In this document: in pieces, positions 38,217 through 47,763 of the stretch
Layout: every line of letters starts with the position of its first letter
Position numbering within the stretch: position 1 is the first letter of the stretch
DNA from: an uncultured archaeon
GTDB lineage: Archaea; Asgardarchaeota; Lokiarchaeia; Sigyniarchaeales; SOKP01
Length of the DNA stretch: 50,628 bases
Direction: 5' to 3'
Assembly (NCBI GenBank): GCA_964583985.1
Contig: CAZOYD010000020.1
Location: forward strand, 1 to 50,628
The notes under the pieces: generated by a model
Told to the model about the DNA's origin: nothing
Seen by the model: the letters and a program-made list of their open reading frames with translations, nothing else
The model's database searches: none
Program-made: the position numbers and the translations under genes

Positions 38217-39557
38217 ATGATGTCAAGAAAGAAAGTGGTAATTATAGGGGCTCTTGGTATGGACTTTCATGTTTTTAACACGGTGTTTAAAGACAACGAG
38301 GAATATGAAGTCATTGCATTTACTATTGCTGGAGAACAAAATGTTGGAACAACTGAAGAAACCCAACGTAAATATCCGGCAGAATTAGCTGGCAAGCTTT
38401 ATCCAAAAGGTATTCCAATGCTTCCTGAAGAAAATCTGGCAGAAATAATAAAACTCCATCAAATAGATGAGGTTGTATTTGCGTATTCTGATGTATCACA
38501 TGAGGAAGTAATGCATAAAGCATCTCGAGCTCTTGCTGCGGGAGCAAATTATCGATTAATTTCAGGAAAGTTTACGCAAATAAAATCCAAAAAACCTGTA
38601 GTGGCTATTTGTGCTGTTAGAACAGGATGCGGTAAAAGTCAAGTTTCTAGGGCAACTTATCGGTATTTAATGAAAAAAGGTTTTAAAGTCGTAGCAATAA
38701 GAGAACCCATGCCATATGGAGACTTAGTTAAACAAAATGTGATGCGTTTTGAAGAATATGGAGATTTAGATAAGTATGATTGCACGATTGAAGAACGAGA
38801 GGAATACGAACCGTATCTCGAGCAAGGTCTCGTTATTTATTCAGGAGTGGACTATGAGAAAATAGTTAGACAAGCAGAAAAGGAAGCAGATGTTATAATT
38901 TTCGATGGGGGAAACAATGAAATATCATTTTATGTCCCAGATTTATTATTTATCGTCGTTGATCCATTAAGACCCGGACATGAAATGAAATACCATCCCG
39001 GAGAAGTGAATGCTCGATCGGCTGATGCATTTGTCATTAATAAGATGAATAGCGCCAATGCAGAAGATGTGAAGATAGTTGAAGCAAATTTAAATGAACT
39101 AAATCCTCTTGCAACTAAAATATATACCAATTCTGTCGTAACTATCGAAGGAAATCCCGATTTAAAGGATAAAAAGGTGATTGTTGTTGAGGACGGGCCA
39201 ACATTAACACACGGCTCAATGTCTTATGGAGCTGGATTTGTTGCAGCAACTAATAGTGGCGCTATTGTCATAGATCCTAAACCCTATATAACTGGCACAA
39301 TGAAAAAAGTATTCGAGGAATTTCCACAAATTACACAAATAGTCCCAGCAATGGGATATAACGACCAACAAATTAAAGACATGGAAGATACTCTAAATAA
39401 AGCAGATTGTGAAATAATAATTGATGGTAGTCCTATAGATCTTGGAAAATTAATCAAAAGCAATAAACCTATTATTAGAGTCACATATGATATTGAACCT
39501 GTAAAAAGTCCTACGATTGAGGAAACCTTAGACACATTTATTGAAAAATTTTTATAA
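38217..39557 (+). CDS. arcE: Arginine synthetase-like P-loop protein (COG2403 / cyclic-2,3-DPG-synthetase-like family)
   Basis: YPAELAGKLYPKGIP, FAYSDVSH, P-loop AVRTGCGKS, PMPYGDL, CTIEEREEYEP, DGGNN, VEDGPTLTHG, PAMGY; clustered with OTC, carbamate kinase and ornithine aminotransferase. Confidence 0.72.
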   Translation: MMSRKKVVIIGALGMDFHVFNTVFKDNEEYEVIAFTIAGEQNVGTTEETQRKYPAELAGKLYPKGIPMLPEENLAEIIKLHQIDEVVFAYSDVSHEEVMHKASRALAAGANYRLISGKFTQIKSKKPVVAICAVRTGCGKSQVSRATYRYLMKKGFKVVAIREPMPYGDLVKQNVMRFEEYGDLDKYDCTIEEREEYEPYLEQGLVIYSGVDYEKIVRQAEKEADVIIFDGGNNEISFYVPDLLFIVVDPLRPGHEMKYHPGEVNARSADAFVINKMNSANAEDVKIVEANLNELNPLATKIYTNSVVTIEGNPDLKDKKVIVVEDGPTLTHGSMSYGAGFVAATNSGAIVIDPKPYITGTMKKVFEEFPQITQIVPAMGYNDQQIKDMEDTLNKADCEIIIDGSPIDLGKLIKSNKPIIRVTYDIEPVKSPTIEETLDTFIEKFL

Positions 39558-39651
39558 AAATTATATATTAAATTTTAATACGTAAAAAGGACATACATCG
39601 AAAACTCCTTTTTCCATTCATTATTTATTTTTTCAGAAGGTGAAAAATAAA

Positions 39652-41835
39652 TTGATATTAGCAGAAAAAAAGTTTGAAATTCGTGAGGTCCAAAAAGGAT
39701 ATGCTAATAGAACTCTTTACATTGATCTTACTAATAACATCATCCAGATCAAGTTAGTCACAAATGAAATGAAAGAAAAGTTTATTGGAGGCAAAGGATT
39801 TAATCTTTGGCTAATGTGGAATGGACTTCCTCAAGAGAGAATTGTGAAATGGGACGATCCCGAAAATGAAATTTGCATTTCTTCTGGACCTTTAGGAGGG
39901 AGTATATTTTACCCGGGTTCAGGAAAATCAATAGTTACCACAATATCTCCCTTAACGGATATTATCATTGATTCAAATGTTGGCGGCTATTTCGGACCAT
40001 ATTTAAAATTCTCCGGTTTTGATGCAATTGAAATTCAAGGTAAAGCAAAAGAAGAGGTTCTAATATACATCGATGGTATTGAGGGGATTGTTCAAATAAA
40101 AAAAGTCGAAAAATCTGATAAGTTATCTAAATATTCTCATGAATTAACTCAGCAACTTACTGAACAATATGCCCAAGACGATCGCGAAAAGCAAAGAATT
40201 TCTGTAGTGAGCACTGGTCCTGCAGCAAAACATTCGAATTGGGGAATGCTAAACTTTTCATGGTACGTTCCAGGGCGTAAATGGGCTTCAAGTAAACAAG
40301 CCGGGAGAGGTGGGATTGGAACCGTTTTTGCTGATAAAAAAATCAAGGCATTAGTCTGTCGTTCTCCAAAAGTTTCCATTAATTCAAATAATCCTGCTAA
40401 TTTAGAAGAAGCTAGAAAAATTGGAATCGCGCATACCCAAGAAATCATTAAACTTGACCCCATACAGAATGAAATGCGGCGAGTGGGAACAGGGCATCTT
40501 CCCGATATCATGAATGTGACTGATCTGCTACCTACCGAAAATTACCGATTTGGTGCTCATCGGGAAATTCGTGGAAAAGAGATCCCTTATAATAGAGAGA
40601 TTATGAGAGGAATTTATTCTGGAAAAGAAGGTGGTGATGGATGTTGGATAGGATGTGCTGTTTCATGTTCTCATTATTCAGAAGGACACGAAGTCTTAAC
40701 TGGACCTTTCAAGGGAAAAAAAGTAATCGTTGATGGACCAGAATATGAAACCATAGCGGGTTGTGGTTCAAATTGGGGCGTGTGGGACCCAAAATGGGTC
40801 TTAGAAGTAAATTTTTACTGCGATACGTATGGTTTAGATACAATATCGGTAGGGACGGGAATAGCATTTGTAATGGAATGCTTCGAAGCGGGAATCTTGA
40901 ATAAAAAAAGGACTGGAGATTTAGAATTAGAGTTTGGAAATGTAGAATCAGCGGTTGAGTTAATTCATCAAATGGCTAAAGGTGAAAGCTTTGGAGTTAT
41001 AGTTGGAAAAGGAATTAAATATATGAAAAAATATTTTGCTGAAAATTTTGGAGCAGATCCACAGTTTCTGCAAGATATAGGCATGGAACATAAAGGCTTA
41101 GAATTCTCTGAGTATGTAACCAAAGAATCCTTGGCGCAACAAGGTGGATATGGGTTAACTAATAAAGGACCGCAGCACGACGAAGCATGGTTAATTTTTG
41201 ACGACATTATTAGAAATTCCATTCCAACATTCGAGGATAAAGCTAAAGCTTTGAGATATTTCCCATTATGGCGAACATGGTTTAGCTTATGTGGTTTATG
41301 CAAGTTACCATGGAATGATATCCAACCAACGAGTCAAGCAGATTACCCTATTAAAGATCCCAAGACCGGAGAACTAGTTCGAGCGAAAATTCCTGATCAT
41401 GTTGAGAATTATGTTAAATACTACTCAGCAGTCTCGGGAAATCAATCGACATCAGACGATCTCATAAGAATGTCTGAAAGAGTGTATACATTTCAAAGGA
41501 TATTCAATATTAGATTAGGTAAAGGACTACGAGAGCACGATTCAAATCTACCTTATAGAGCAATAGGACCAGTTACATCCCTTGAATTCGAAAGTCGCGC
41601 AGAGAGGTATGATACACAGCTTAAAGAATTAGGAGTCAATATTAATAATAAAACTACGCAAGAAAAAATGAAAATCCTTAGGGAACATCGAGAGCAACAA
41701 TATGGAAAACTTCAAGATGCGGTATATTTAGAACGCAATTGGAGTAAAAAGGGTTGTCCTACCATGGATTTGGTAAGAAAATTGGGAATTGATTTTGATG
41801 ATATAGTGGAAATTATTTCTCCTTTTCAAGAATAA
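39652..41835 (+). CDS. Tungsten-dependent aldehyde:ferredoxin oxidoreductase family protein
   Basis: FIGGKG, ISPLT...DSNVGG, QAGRGGIG, CWIGCAVSC, DGPEYET, DTYGLDTIS, GLCKL. Start probably TTG 39652, since the GTG at 39640 lies within an AAGGTGA SD-like site. Confidence 0.9.
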   Translation: MILAEKKFEIREVQKGYANRTLYIDLTNNIIQIKLVTNEMKEKFIGGKGFNLWLMWNGLPQERIVKWDDPENEICISSGPLGGSIFYPGSGKSIVTTISPLTDIIIDSNVGGYFGPYLKFSGFDAIEIQGKAKEEVLIYIDGIEGIVQIKKVEKSDKLSKYSHELTQQLTEQYAQDDREKQRISVVSTGPAAKHSNWGMLNFSWYVPGRKWASSKQAGRGGIGTVFADKKIKALVCRSPKVSINSNNPANLEEARKIGIAHTQEIIKLDPIQNEMRRVGTGHLPDIMNVTDLLPTENYRFGAHREIRGKEIPYNREIMRGIYSGKEGGDGCWIGCAVSCSHYSEGHEVLTGPFKGKKVIVDGPEYETIAGCGSNWGVWDPKWVLEVNFYCDTYGLDTISVGTGIAFVMECFEAGILNKKRTGDLELEFGNVESAVELIHQMAKGESFGVIVGKGIKYMKKYFAENFGADPQFLQDIGMEHKGLEFSEYVTKESLAQQGGYGLTNKGPQHDEAWLIFDDIIRNSIPTFEDKAKALRYFPLWRTWFSLCGLCKLPWNDIQPTSQADYPIKDPKTGELVRAKIPDHVENYVKYYSAVSGNQSTSDDLIRMSERVYTFQRIFNIRLGKGLREHDSNLPYRAIGPVTSLEFESRAERYDTQLKELGVNINNKTTQEKMKILREHREQQYGKLQDAVYLERNWSKKGCPTMDLVRKLGIDFDDIVEIISPFQE

Positions 41836-41859
41836 TAATGAATCAGAAAGTGATCCTAA

Positions 41860-43941
41860 ATGGAAAACATTACTAAACATCCCATTCTTGAAATTCCTGA
41901 AAGAAAAAAAATAAAATTCAAATTCGATGAGAAAGAATTAATCGGATTTGAAGGATTGGTAATATCCTCTGCCTTATTTCTTAATAGTATTAAAATTTTT
42001 GGTCATCACGTAAAAGATTCAAGCCCTCAAGGTATTTTTTGTGCTAATGGTCAATGTTCTCAATGTAATGTTATCGCCGATGGCATTCCCGTGAAAGCTT
42101 GCATGACCCCTTTAAAGGATGGAATGGAAATTAGAAGTTGTAACGGCTTACCCGAATTACCGATTGATGACGAACCAGTTGATGTTAGCGATGCTGATAT
42201 TATTACGACAAGTGTTCTTATTATAGGTGCCGGTCCAGCAGGATTGTCTGCTGCCACAATCTTTGGAGAGCATGAAATAGATGTCATTTTAATTGATGAT
42301 AAGGATAGACTTGGTGGTAAATTAGTACTTCAAACGCACAAATTTTTTGGTTCTCAAAAAGATGTATATGCTGGTAAGCGAGGCATTGATATAGCACGGA
42401 TCCTAGGTGACCAAATAAAATCATTGGATATCGTAAAAACTTGGATTAATAGCACCTGTTTAGCCGTATTTAGTGATAAGCTGGTGGGTGTTTTGAAGAA
42501 TAATGAAGAATACGTATTAATCTCACCAAAATATTTATTAATTGCAACGGGAGCAAGAGAAAAGATGCTTGCATTTCCAGGAAACACTCTCCCAGGTGTG
42601 TATGGCGCAGGTGCATTTCAAACATTAGTCAATCGTGATTTAATAAAAGCTGCAGAACGAATTTTCATTGTTGGAGGAGGCAACGTTGGTTTAATTACGG
42701 GTTATCATGCCATTCAAGCAGGAATCCAAGTGATCGGATTAATTGAAGCAATGCCGTCGTGTGGAGGATATAAAGTACATGAAGACAAACTTCGCCGATT
42801 GGGTGTCCCAATATATACAAGTCATACAATTTTAAGTGCCAACGGGACTAATAATGTTGAATCAATAACTATTGGACAAATTAATGAAAACGGGGAAAGT
42901 CTCCCAAATACCACAAAAACCTTTAGATGTGATACCATTTTAATAGCTGTAGGGTTAAATCCAGTAGATGAGTTTTATCATAAGGCAAAAGAATTTGGAA
43001 TGAGAGTGTGGGTTGCTGGAGACGCTCAAGAAATTGCTGAAGCCTCAGCTGCTATTTTTACTGGAAGAATTGAAGCTCTAAAGATCTTGGAAAAAATGGG
43101 GATCGAATTTGAAGAAGATATTGATGATTTGGAAAACTTAGCTGCTATCATGAAAGCAAAACCTCCAGAACCCATTACTCTAAATATAACAGAAAAAACA
43201 GAAGGTATTTTTCCTCTCTTTCATTGTAATCAAGAAATACCGTGTAATCCCTGTACGTCTGTATGTCCTCAAGATCAAATTAAAACTTATGATAATATTA
43301 TTACAAATCTTCCATACTTCAAAGATGAAAAAGATTGTATCGGATGTGGTAAATGTATTGCAGTTTGTCCCGGATTGGCGGTCATTTTAATAGATTTTAG
43401 AAAAAGTAAAGAATTTCCTTCTGTTACATTCCCTCTTGAACTCTCAGCTAATAAAGTTGAGAAAGGAATAAAAGTTTCGGTTGTTGGTAATGATATGGAA
43501 TTTGGAAAATTCGAAGTTAAACGAGCACGTATTTTACCAGAATTTCCTAAAACACAACTCATTACTGTTGAATTACCATTAAAAATTGCGAAAGAAGCTA
43601 CAGGCATTAGATTAAATGAAAGTTCTTATAATGAAGCTCTTGATATATATCAGAAGGGATTTACAGACAATGAAACAATTGTCTGTCGTTGTGAGCGAAT
43701 TTCCGTAGGAGAAATTCGTCATTGGATACGGAATGGTATAAGAGATTTTAATGAATTGAAAGCATTAACGAAAGTTGGGATGGGGTCTTGCGGAGGAAAA
43801 ACCTGTACTCCATTAATTAATAGAATTTTCCGTGAGGAAGGTGTTGCTATTGAAGATATCATTCCCGGAACAAAGCGTCCCTTGTATATTGAAATACCAA
43901 TGAAAATATTTGCGGGTATAAAGGATAAAAAAGAGGATTAA
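41860..43941 (+). CDS. Proline dehydrogenase/sarcosine oxidase alpha-like flavoprotein with 2Fe-2S, 2x4Fe-4S and BFD-like 2Fe-2S domains
   Basis: CANGQCSQC...C; IGAGPAG; ATGARE; VGGGNVG; CNQEIPCNPCTSVCP; CIGCGKCIAVCP; CRCE...GMGSCGGKTC...RP. Confidence 0.85.
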   Translation: MENITKHPILEIPERKKIKFKFDEKELIGFEGLVISSALFLNSIKIFGHHVKDSSPQGIFCANGQCSQCNVIADGIPVKACMTPLKDGMEIRSCNGLPELPIDDEPVDVSDADIITTSVLIIGAGPAGLSAATIFGEHEIDVILIDDKDRLGGKLVLQTHKFFGSQKDVYAGKRGIDIARILGDQIKSLDIVKTWINSTCLAVFSDKLVGVLKNNEEYVLISPKYLLIATGAREKMLAFPGNTLPGVYGAGAFQTLVNRDLIKAAERIFIVGGGNVGLITGYHAIQAGIQVIGLIEAMPSCGGYKVHEDKLRRLGVPIYTSHTILSANGTNNVESITIGQINENGESLPNTTKTFRCDTILIAVGLNPVDEFYHKAKEFGMRVWVAGDAQEIAEASAAIFTGRIEALKILEKMGIEFEEDIDDLENLAAIMKAKPPEPITLNITEKTEGIFPLFHCNQEIPCNPCTSVCPQDQIKTYDNIITNLPYFKDEKDCIGCGKCIAVCPGLAVILIDFRKSKEFPSVTFPLELSANKVEKGIKVSVVGNDMEFGKFEVKRARILPEFPKTQLITVELPLKIAKEATGIRLNESSYNEALDIYQKGFTDNETIVCRCERISVGEIRHWIRNGIRDFNELKALTKVGMGSCGGKTCTPLINRIFREEGVAIEDIIPGTKRPLYIEIPMKIFAGIKDKKED

Positions 43942-43945
43942 TTTA

Positions 43946-45112
43946 ATGGTGGACTATGATGTGATAATCATTGGTGCTGGAAGCGTTGGAGTTCCAACAG
44001 CATTAGCGTGTGCTAGTGATGGATTGAACACATTAGTGATTGATTCTCTACCCTCAGTATCCCAAGCAGATAATAAACATGCTATTGGAGGCATAAGAGC
44101 AACTCATACTCAAAAAGGAAAAATATGGTTATGCCAGAGATCGATCGAAATTTTTAAGAATTGGGAACAAAATTTCGGAGATGATATTTGGTGGAGCCAA
44201 GGAGGGTATTGTTTTGTAGCTTATTCAAAAGAACATCAGAAGATGTTAAAATCCAACATTGAATTACAAAAATCGTATGGTTTGGACATAAATTATATTA
44301 ACAAAGAGGATATCAGAAGTTTAATTCCTGGAATTAATGAAGATAACTTATTGGGGGGAACATACAGCCCTGAAGATGGTAATGCATCTCCTCTACTTTC
44401 TCTTCATGCTTTTTATCGCCAATCTAAAAATTTTCAAGCAGAATATAGATTTAATGAAACTGTTACCGGCATAATCACTAAAAATGGAATTATAACGGGA
44501 TTAAAAACCAATAAAAATAAATATAATACGACGCATATAGTTAATGCAGCGGGTGGATATGCTAATATAATAGGAAAAATGATGAACATTGACCTACCAG
44601 TAATTCCAGAATCTCATGAAGCAGGTATTACCGAGCCCGTAAAAAAATTTTTCAATCCCATGGTCGTTGATATTCGACCTGCTAAAGATGAAGTTTTTGG
44701 AAATTCTTCAAATTATTATTTTTACCAAAATAAAGAGGGTAAAATCATTTTCTGCCTTACTCCTCAACCAAGTATTATTGGGACAGATAGAAGAGAAACA
44801 AGTTCCTTCCTCCCTCAAATTACTAAAAGAATGATTTCATTAATGCCCAGATTGAAAAATATAAAAATCCGTAGAACGTGGAGAGGTCTTTATCCCATGA
44901 CTCCTGATGGAAATCCTATCCTGGGGAGAGTAGAAGGTGCTAATGGCTATATAAATGCGGTAGGGATGTCCGGGCAAGGATTCATGCTGGGTCCCGGCAT
45001 CGGTGAACTTATGAGTAGACTTATACGAACCAAATTAACACTAAAAGATAAAGAAATTCTTAAAGATTTCTCCTTCACAAGGGATTATAATAAGGAAGAG
45101 GATTTAAAGTAA
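43946..45112 (+). CDS. DAO-family FAD oxidoreductase (proline dehydrogenase/sarcosine oxidase beta-like)
   Basis: IGAGSVG, VNAAGG, WRGLYPMTPDGNPILG, GMSGQGFMLGP. Confidence 0.85.
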   Translation: MVDYDVIIIGAGSVGVPTALACASDGLNTLVIDSLPSVSQADNKHAIGGIRATHTQKGKIWLCQRSIEIFKNWEQNFGDDIWWSQGGYCFVAYSKEHQKMLKSNIELQKSYGLDINYINKEDIRSLIPGINEDNLLGGTYSPEDGNASPLLSLHAFYRQSKNFQAEYRFNETVTGIITKNGIITGLKTNKNKYNTTHIVNAAGGYANIIGKMMNIDLPVIPESHEAGITEPVKKFFNPMVVDIRPAKDEVFGNSSNYYFYQNKEGKIIFCLTPQPSIIGTDRRETSSFLPQITKRMISLMPRLKNIKIRRTWRGLYPMTPDGNPILGRVEGANGYINAVGMSGQGFMLGPGIGELMSRLIRTKLTLKDKEILKDFSFTRDYNKEEDLK

Positions 45113-45188
45113 AAATTTAAAGAAAGCTTCATATAATTATCAAAATATGGAGAAAAAAAGTCAATTATAACACTTTAAGTGAATAAAA

Positions 45189-46121
45189 ATGGTTAGACAT
45201 TTATTAAAAATATCAGATTTTTCAAAAGAGGAATGTGAAAAGATCATTTCTAAAGCTGTAGAGATTAAAAATAATCCTGCAAAATTCAAAGCCGCATTAA
45301 AAGGAGAGACACTTTTGATGTTATTCGAAAAACCTTCCTTAAGAACAAGAATTTCTTTCGAGACGGGGATGCAACAATTAGGTGGACATGCTATATTTTA
45401 TTCTATAGTAGATTCTCCTTTAGGGAAAAAGGAAAACATTCACGATACTGCTAAGGTGGTATCATTATACGTGAATTTAATTGCAGCAAGGGTATACAAG
45501 CGAGAAGATATGCGGAACTTTGCTAAAGATTCTACCGTTCCATTAATCAATATGCTTGATGATTTCGCTCATCCGTGTCAGATTCTTTGTGACTTCCTTA
45601 CGATCAAAGAAAAAAAGGGACAGCTTAATAATTTAAAAGTATCCTTTTTCGGAGATGGATACAATAATGTAACTTATGATCTTATGCGAATGTGTGCAAT
45701 GTTTGGATTGAGGATGGATGTTGCATGCCCAAGCGGAACTGATTATTCCCCAGAACAAGAAGTACTAAATGAAGTAAAAGAGTTGTCAAAAATTTCAGGT
45801 GCTGATGTTAGAGTAATCCACAATGCTAAAGAAGCAGCTAAAGATGCGGACATAGTCTATACAGACTCGTGGATGTCATATGGGATTCCTAAGGAGCTAG
45901 AAGAAGAACGTAAAAAAATATTTATGCCATACCAAGTGACCGAAGAAATAATGAAACTTGCTAAATCGGATGCTCTTTTCATGAACTGTCTCCCCGCGAT
46001 GAGAGGTCATGAACAAACGGCAGCAGTTATAGATGGTCCTCAATCAATTGTTTTCGATCAAGCGAGAAATCGACTTCATGGCCAAAAAGCTATAATGTTA
46101 TTTCTAAGGGATAAATTCTAA
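45189..46121 (+). CDS. arcB: Ornithine carbamoyltransferase (probably catabolic)
   Basis: KPSLRTR, HPCQ, GDGYNNV, YTDSWMSYG, FMNCLP, DQARNRLH. Confidence 0.9.
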   Translation: MVRHLLKISDFSKEECEKIISKAVEIKNNPAKFKAALKGETLLMLFEKPSLRTRISFETGMQQLGGHAIFYSIVDSPLGKKENIHDTAKVVSLYVNLIAARVYKREDMRNFAKDSTVPLINMLDDFAHPCQILCDFLTIKEKKGQLNNLKVSFFGDGYNNVTYDLMRMCAMFGLRMDVACPSGTDYSPEQEVLNEVKELSKISGADVRVIHNAKEAAKDADIVYTDSWMSYGIPKELEEERKKIFMPYQVTEEIMKLAKSDALFMNCLPAMRGHEQTAAVIDGPQSIVFDQARNRLHGQKAIMLFLRDKF

Positions 46122-46282
46122 CTCCTTTATCTTAATTTTATAATCTAAAAATCCTGGAAATCAAAAGAAAGAGCGCAAATTCTTTAAAGAAAGATTCTAA
46201 ATTTTGATAGCTCTTATAATAAAATTTATAATTTTCCTTACAATACTATTATTTTTCACTTTGAGATTGGAGTTGACAATAC

Positions 46283-47221
46283 TTGAAAACATTAATCATC
46301 GCACTTGGTGGGAATGCTCTTATAAAGCCCGGAGAAAGGGGTACCACTGAAGAAATGATTAATAATTTACGTGCTCCTATTAAACAAATTGCAAAATTAT
46401 CAAAAGATTATAACATCGTTATCACTCATGGAAATGGTCCACAAGTAGGAAATCTTTTATTACAACAAGAAGCTACTGAAACTGTTTCAAAAAGACCTCT
46501 ACAAATATTGGTAGCGGAGACTCAAGGTCAAATTGGATATTTAATTGAATCTACTTTAGATGAAGAATTAATGAAATTAAACATAGATCAAGAGAAATTT
46601 TTCTTGACGGTGCTAACCTACGTTAAAGTTGATCCAAATGATCCTGCCTTCAAACACCCAACAAAACCAATTGGACCAGCATATAAGAGAAAAAAAGCAG
46701 GTTATGTGAAAACTTCTAAGGGTTGGCGCCGTGTAGTTGCTTCTCCTAAACCAATTAAAATTTATCAATGGCGTGAAATAAAAAAATTGATGGCACTAGG
46801 AGATTTTATTCTCATTGCTTGTGGGGGTGGGGGTGTTCCAGTTATTAAGGATGAAAAAAGATTATACGGCGTTGAGGCGGTAATTGATAAGGATCTTGCA
46901 AGTGCGAAATTAGGAGAACAAATTGGAGCTCAAATTCTTTTAATTGCATCTGATGTTGAAAAAGTTGCACTAAATTATGGTCGAATAGACTATAAATACT
47001 TGGATCTTATTTCCACTGATGAAGCTCAAAAATACATGAGAGAAGGTCACTTTCCTGCAGGTTCTATGGGTCCAAAAGTGCAAGCGGCGATAAATTTTTT
47101 AGATTCCGGAGGAGAACGCGCCATCATCACGTCTATAGAAAAAATAAAAGATGCAATAGAAGGAAATGCTGGTACTCAATTTTTTTTAGAAAAAAATGAT
47201 AGTAATTCAACCGAAAATTAA
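46283..47221 (+). CDS. arcC: Carbamate kinase
   Basis: ALGGNAL, THGNGPQVG, PTKPIG, WRRVVASP, GGGGVPV, EAVIDKD, GSMGPK. Confidence 0.95.
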   Translation: MKTLIIALGGNALIKPGERGTTEEMINNLRAPIKQIAKLSKDYNIVITHGNGPQVGNLLLQQEATETVSKRPLQILVAETQGQIGYLIESTLDEELMKLNIDQEKFFLTVLTYVKVDPNDPAFKHPTKPIGPAYKRKKAGYVKTSKGWRRVVASPKPIKIYQWREIKKLMALGDFILIACGGGGVPVIKDEKRLYGVEAVIDKDLASAKLGEQIGAQILLIASDVEKVALNYGRIDYKYLDLISTDEAQKYMREGHFPAGSMGPKVQAAINFLDSGGERAIITSIEKIKDAIEGNAGTQFFLEKNDSNSTEN

Positions 47222-47317
47222 TTAATCATTTTTACGTTAAAATGTCGAGAAAATCTAAGGGCAAACTTGAAGAAAAAAAAGTAAAAATGATATTCTGATG
47301 ATATGAGAAGAATTCTT

Positions 47318-47632
47318 TTATTGTGAAGTATCCTCATGGCTAATTCTAGTGCCCTTGAGAGGTGCTTTACCAAGAGGACTCTTCACCGTGCCCGATATGG
47401 TGTCACCATCAATTTTAGCATTGAATTCAAAAGTCAAGAATCGTGGAAAATTTCTTGAAGCCTTCCATATCAATGTAGTACCGTCAAATTTTACGTCCTT
47501 GATCTCGTTGGTATTCTTACCATGATCCATTCTACCAGTGACCGTATTACCTGCAAAGGAGAGGTACAATGTGGCTTTTTGAGTATTGAAAGGGTTCTTC
47601 ATCTCTAAATTCCATATTTCATTAAAAGACAT
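47318..47632 (-). CDS. Small hypothetical beta-rich protein
   Basis: 104 aa with alternating beta-strand pattern (W..EMKNP..., IDGDTISGTVKSPLG); visibly more GC-rich than its flanks. Confidence 0.65.
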   Translation of the reverse strand: MSFNEIWNLEMKNPFNTQKATLYLSFAGNTVTGRMDHGKNTNEIKDVKFDGTTLIWKASRNFPRFLTFEFNAKIDGDTISGTVKSPLGKAPLKGTRISHEDTSQ

Positions 47633-47763
47633 AATTAATCGCTTTAATAAGGGACTTCTACTTTATAATAATTTGCCTTAATTTTAATTAATGTAAAAAA
47701 GCGCCCTCAATAACCTAAAATCCTTTTTAAAAAATTATTTTGAAATAAAAAGTTATTATAAAT

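Noticed and set aside
38217-39557. Annotation as cyclic 2,3-diphosphoglycerate synthetase or generic GTPase
   Set aside because: Same superfamily, but no 2-phosphoglycerate kinase is adjacent and the OTC/CK/OAT context favours arginine synthetase.
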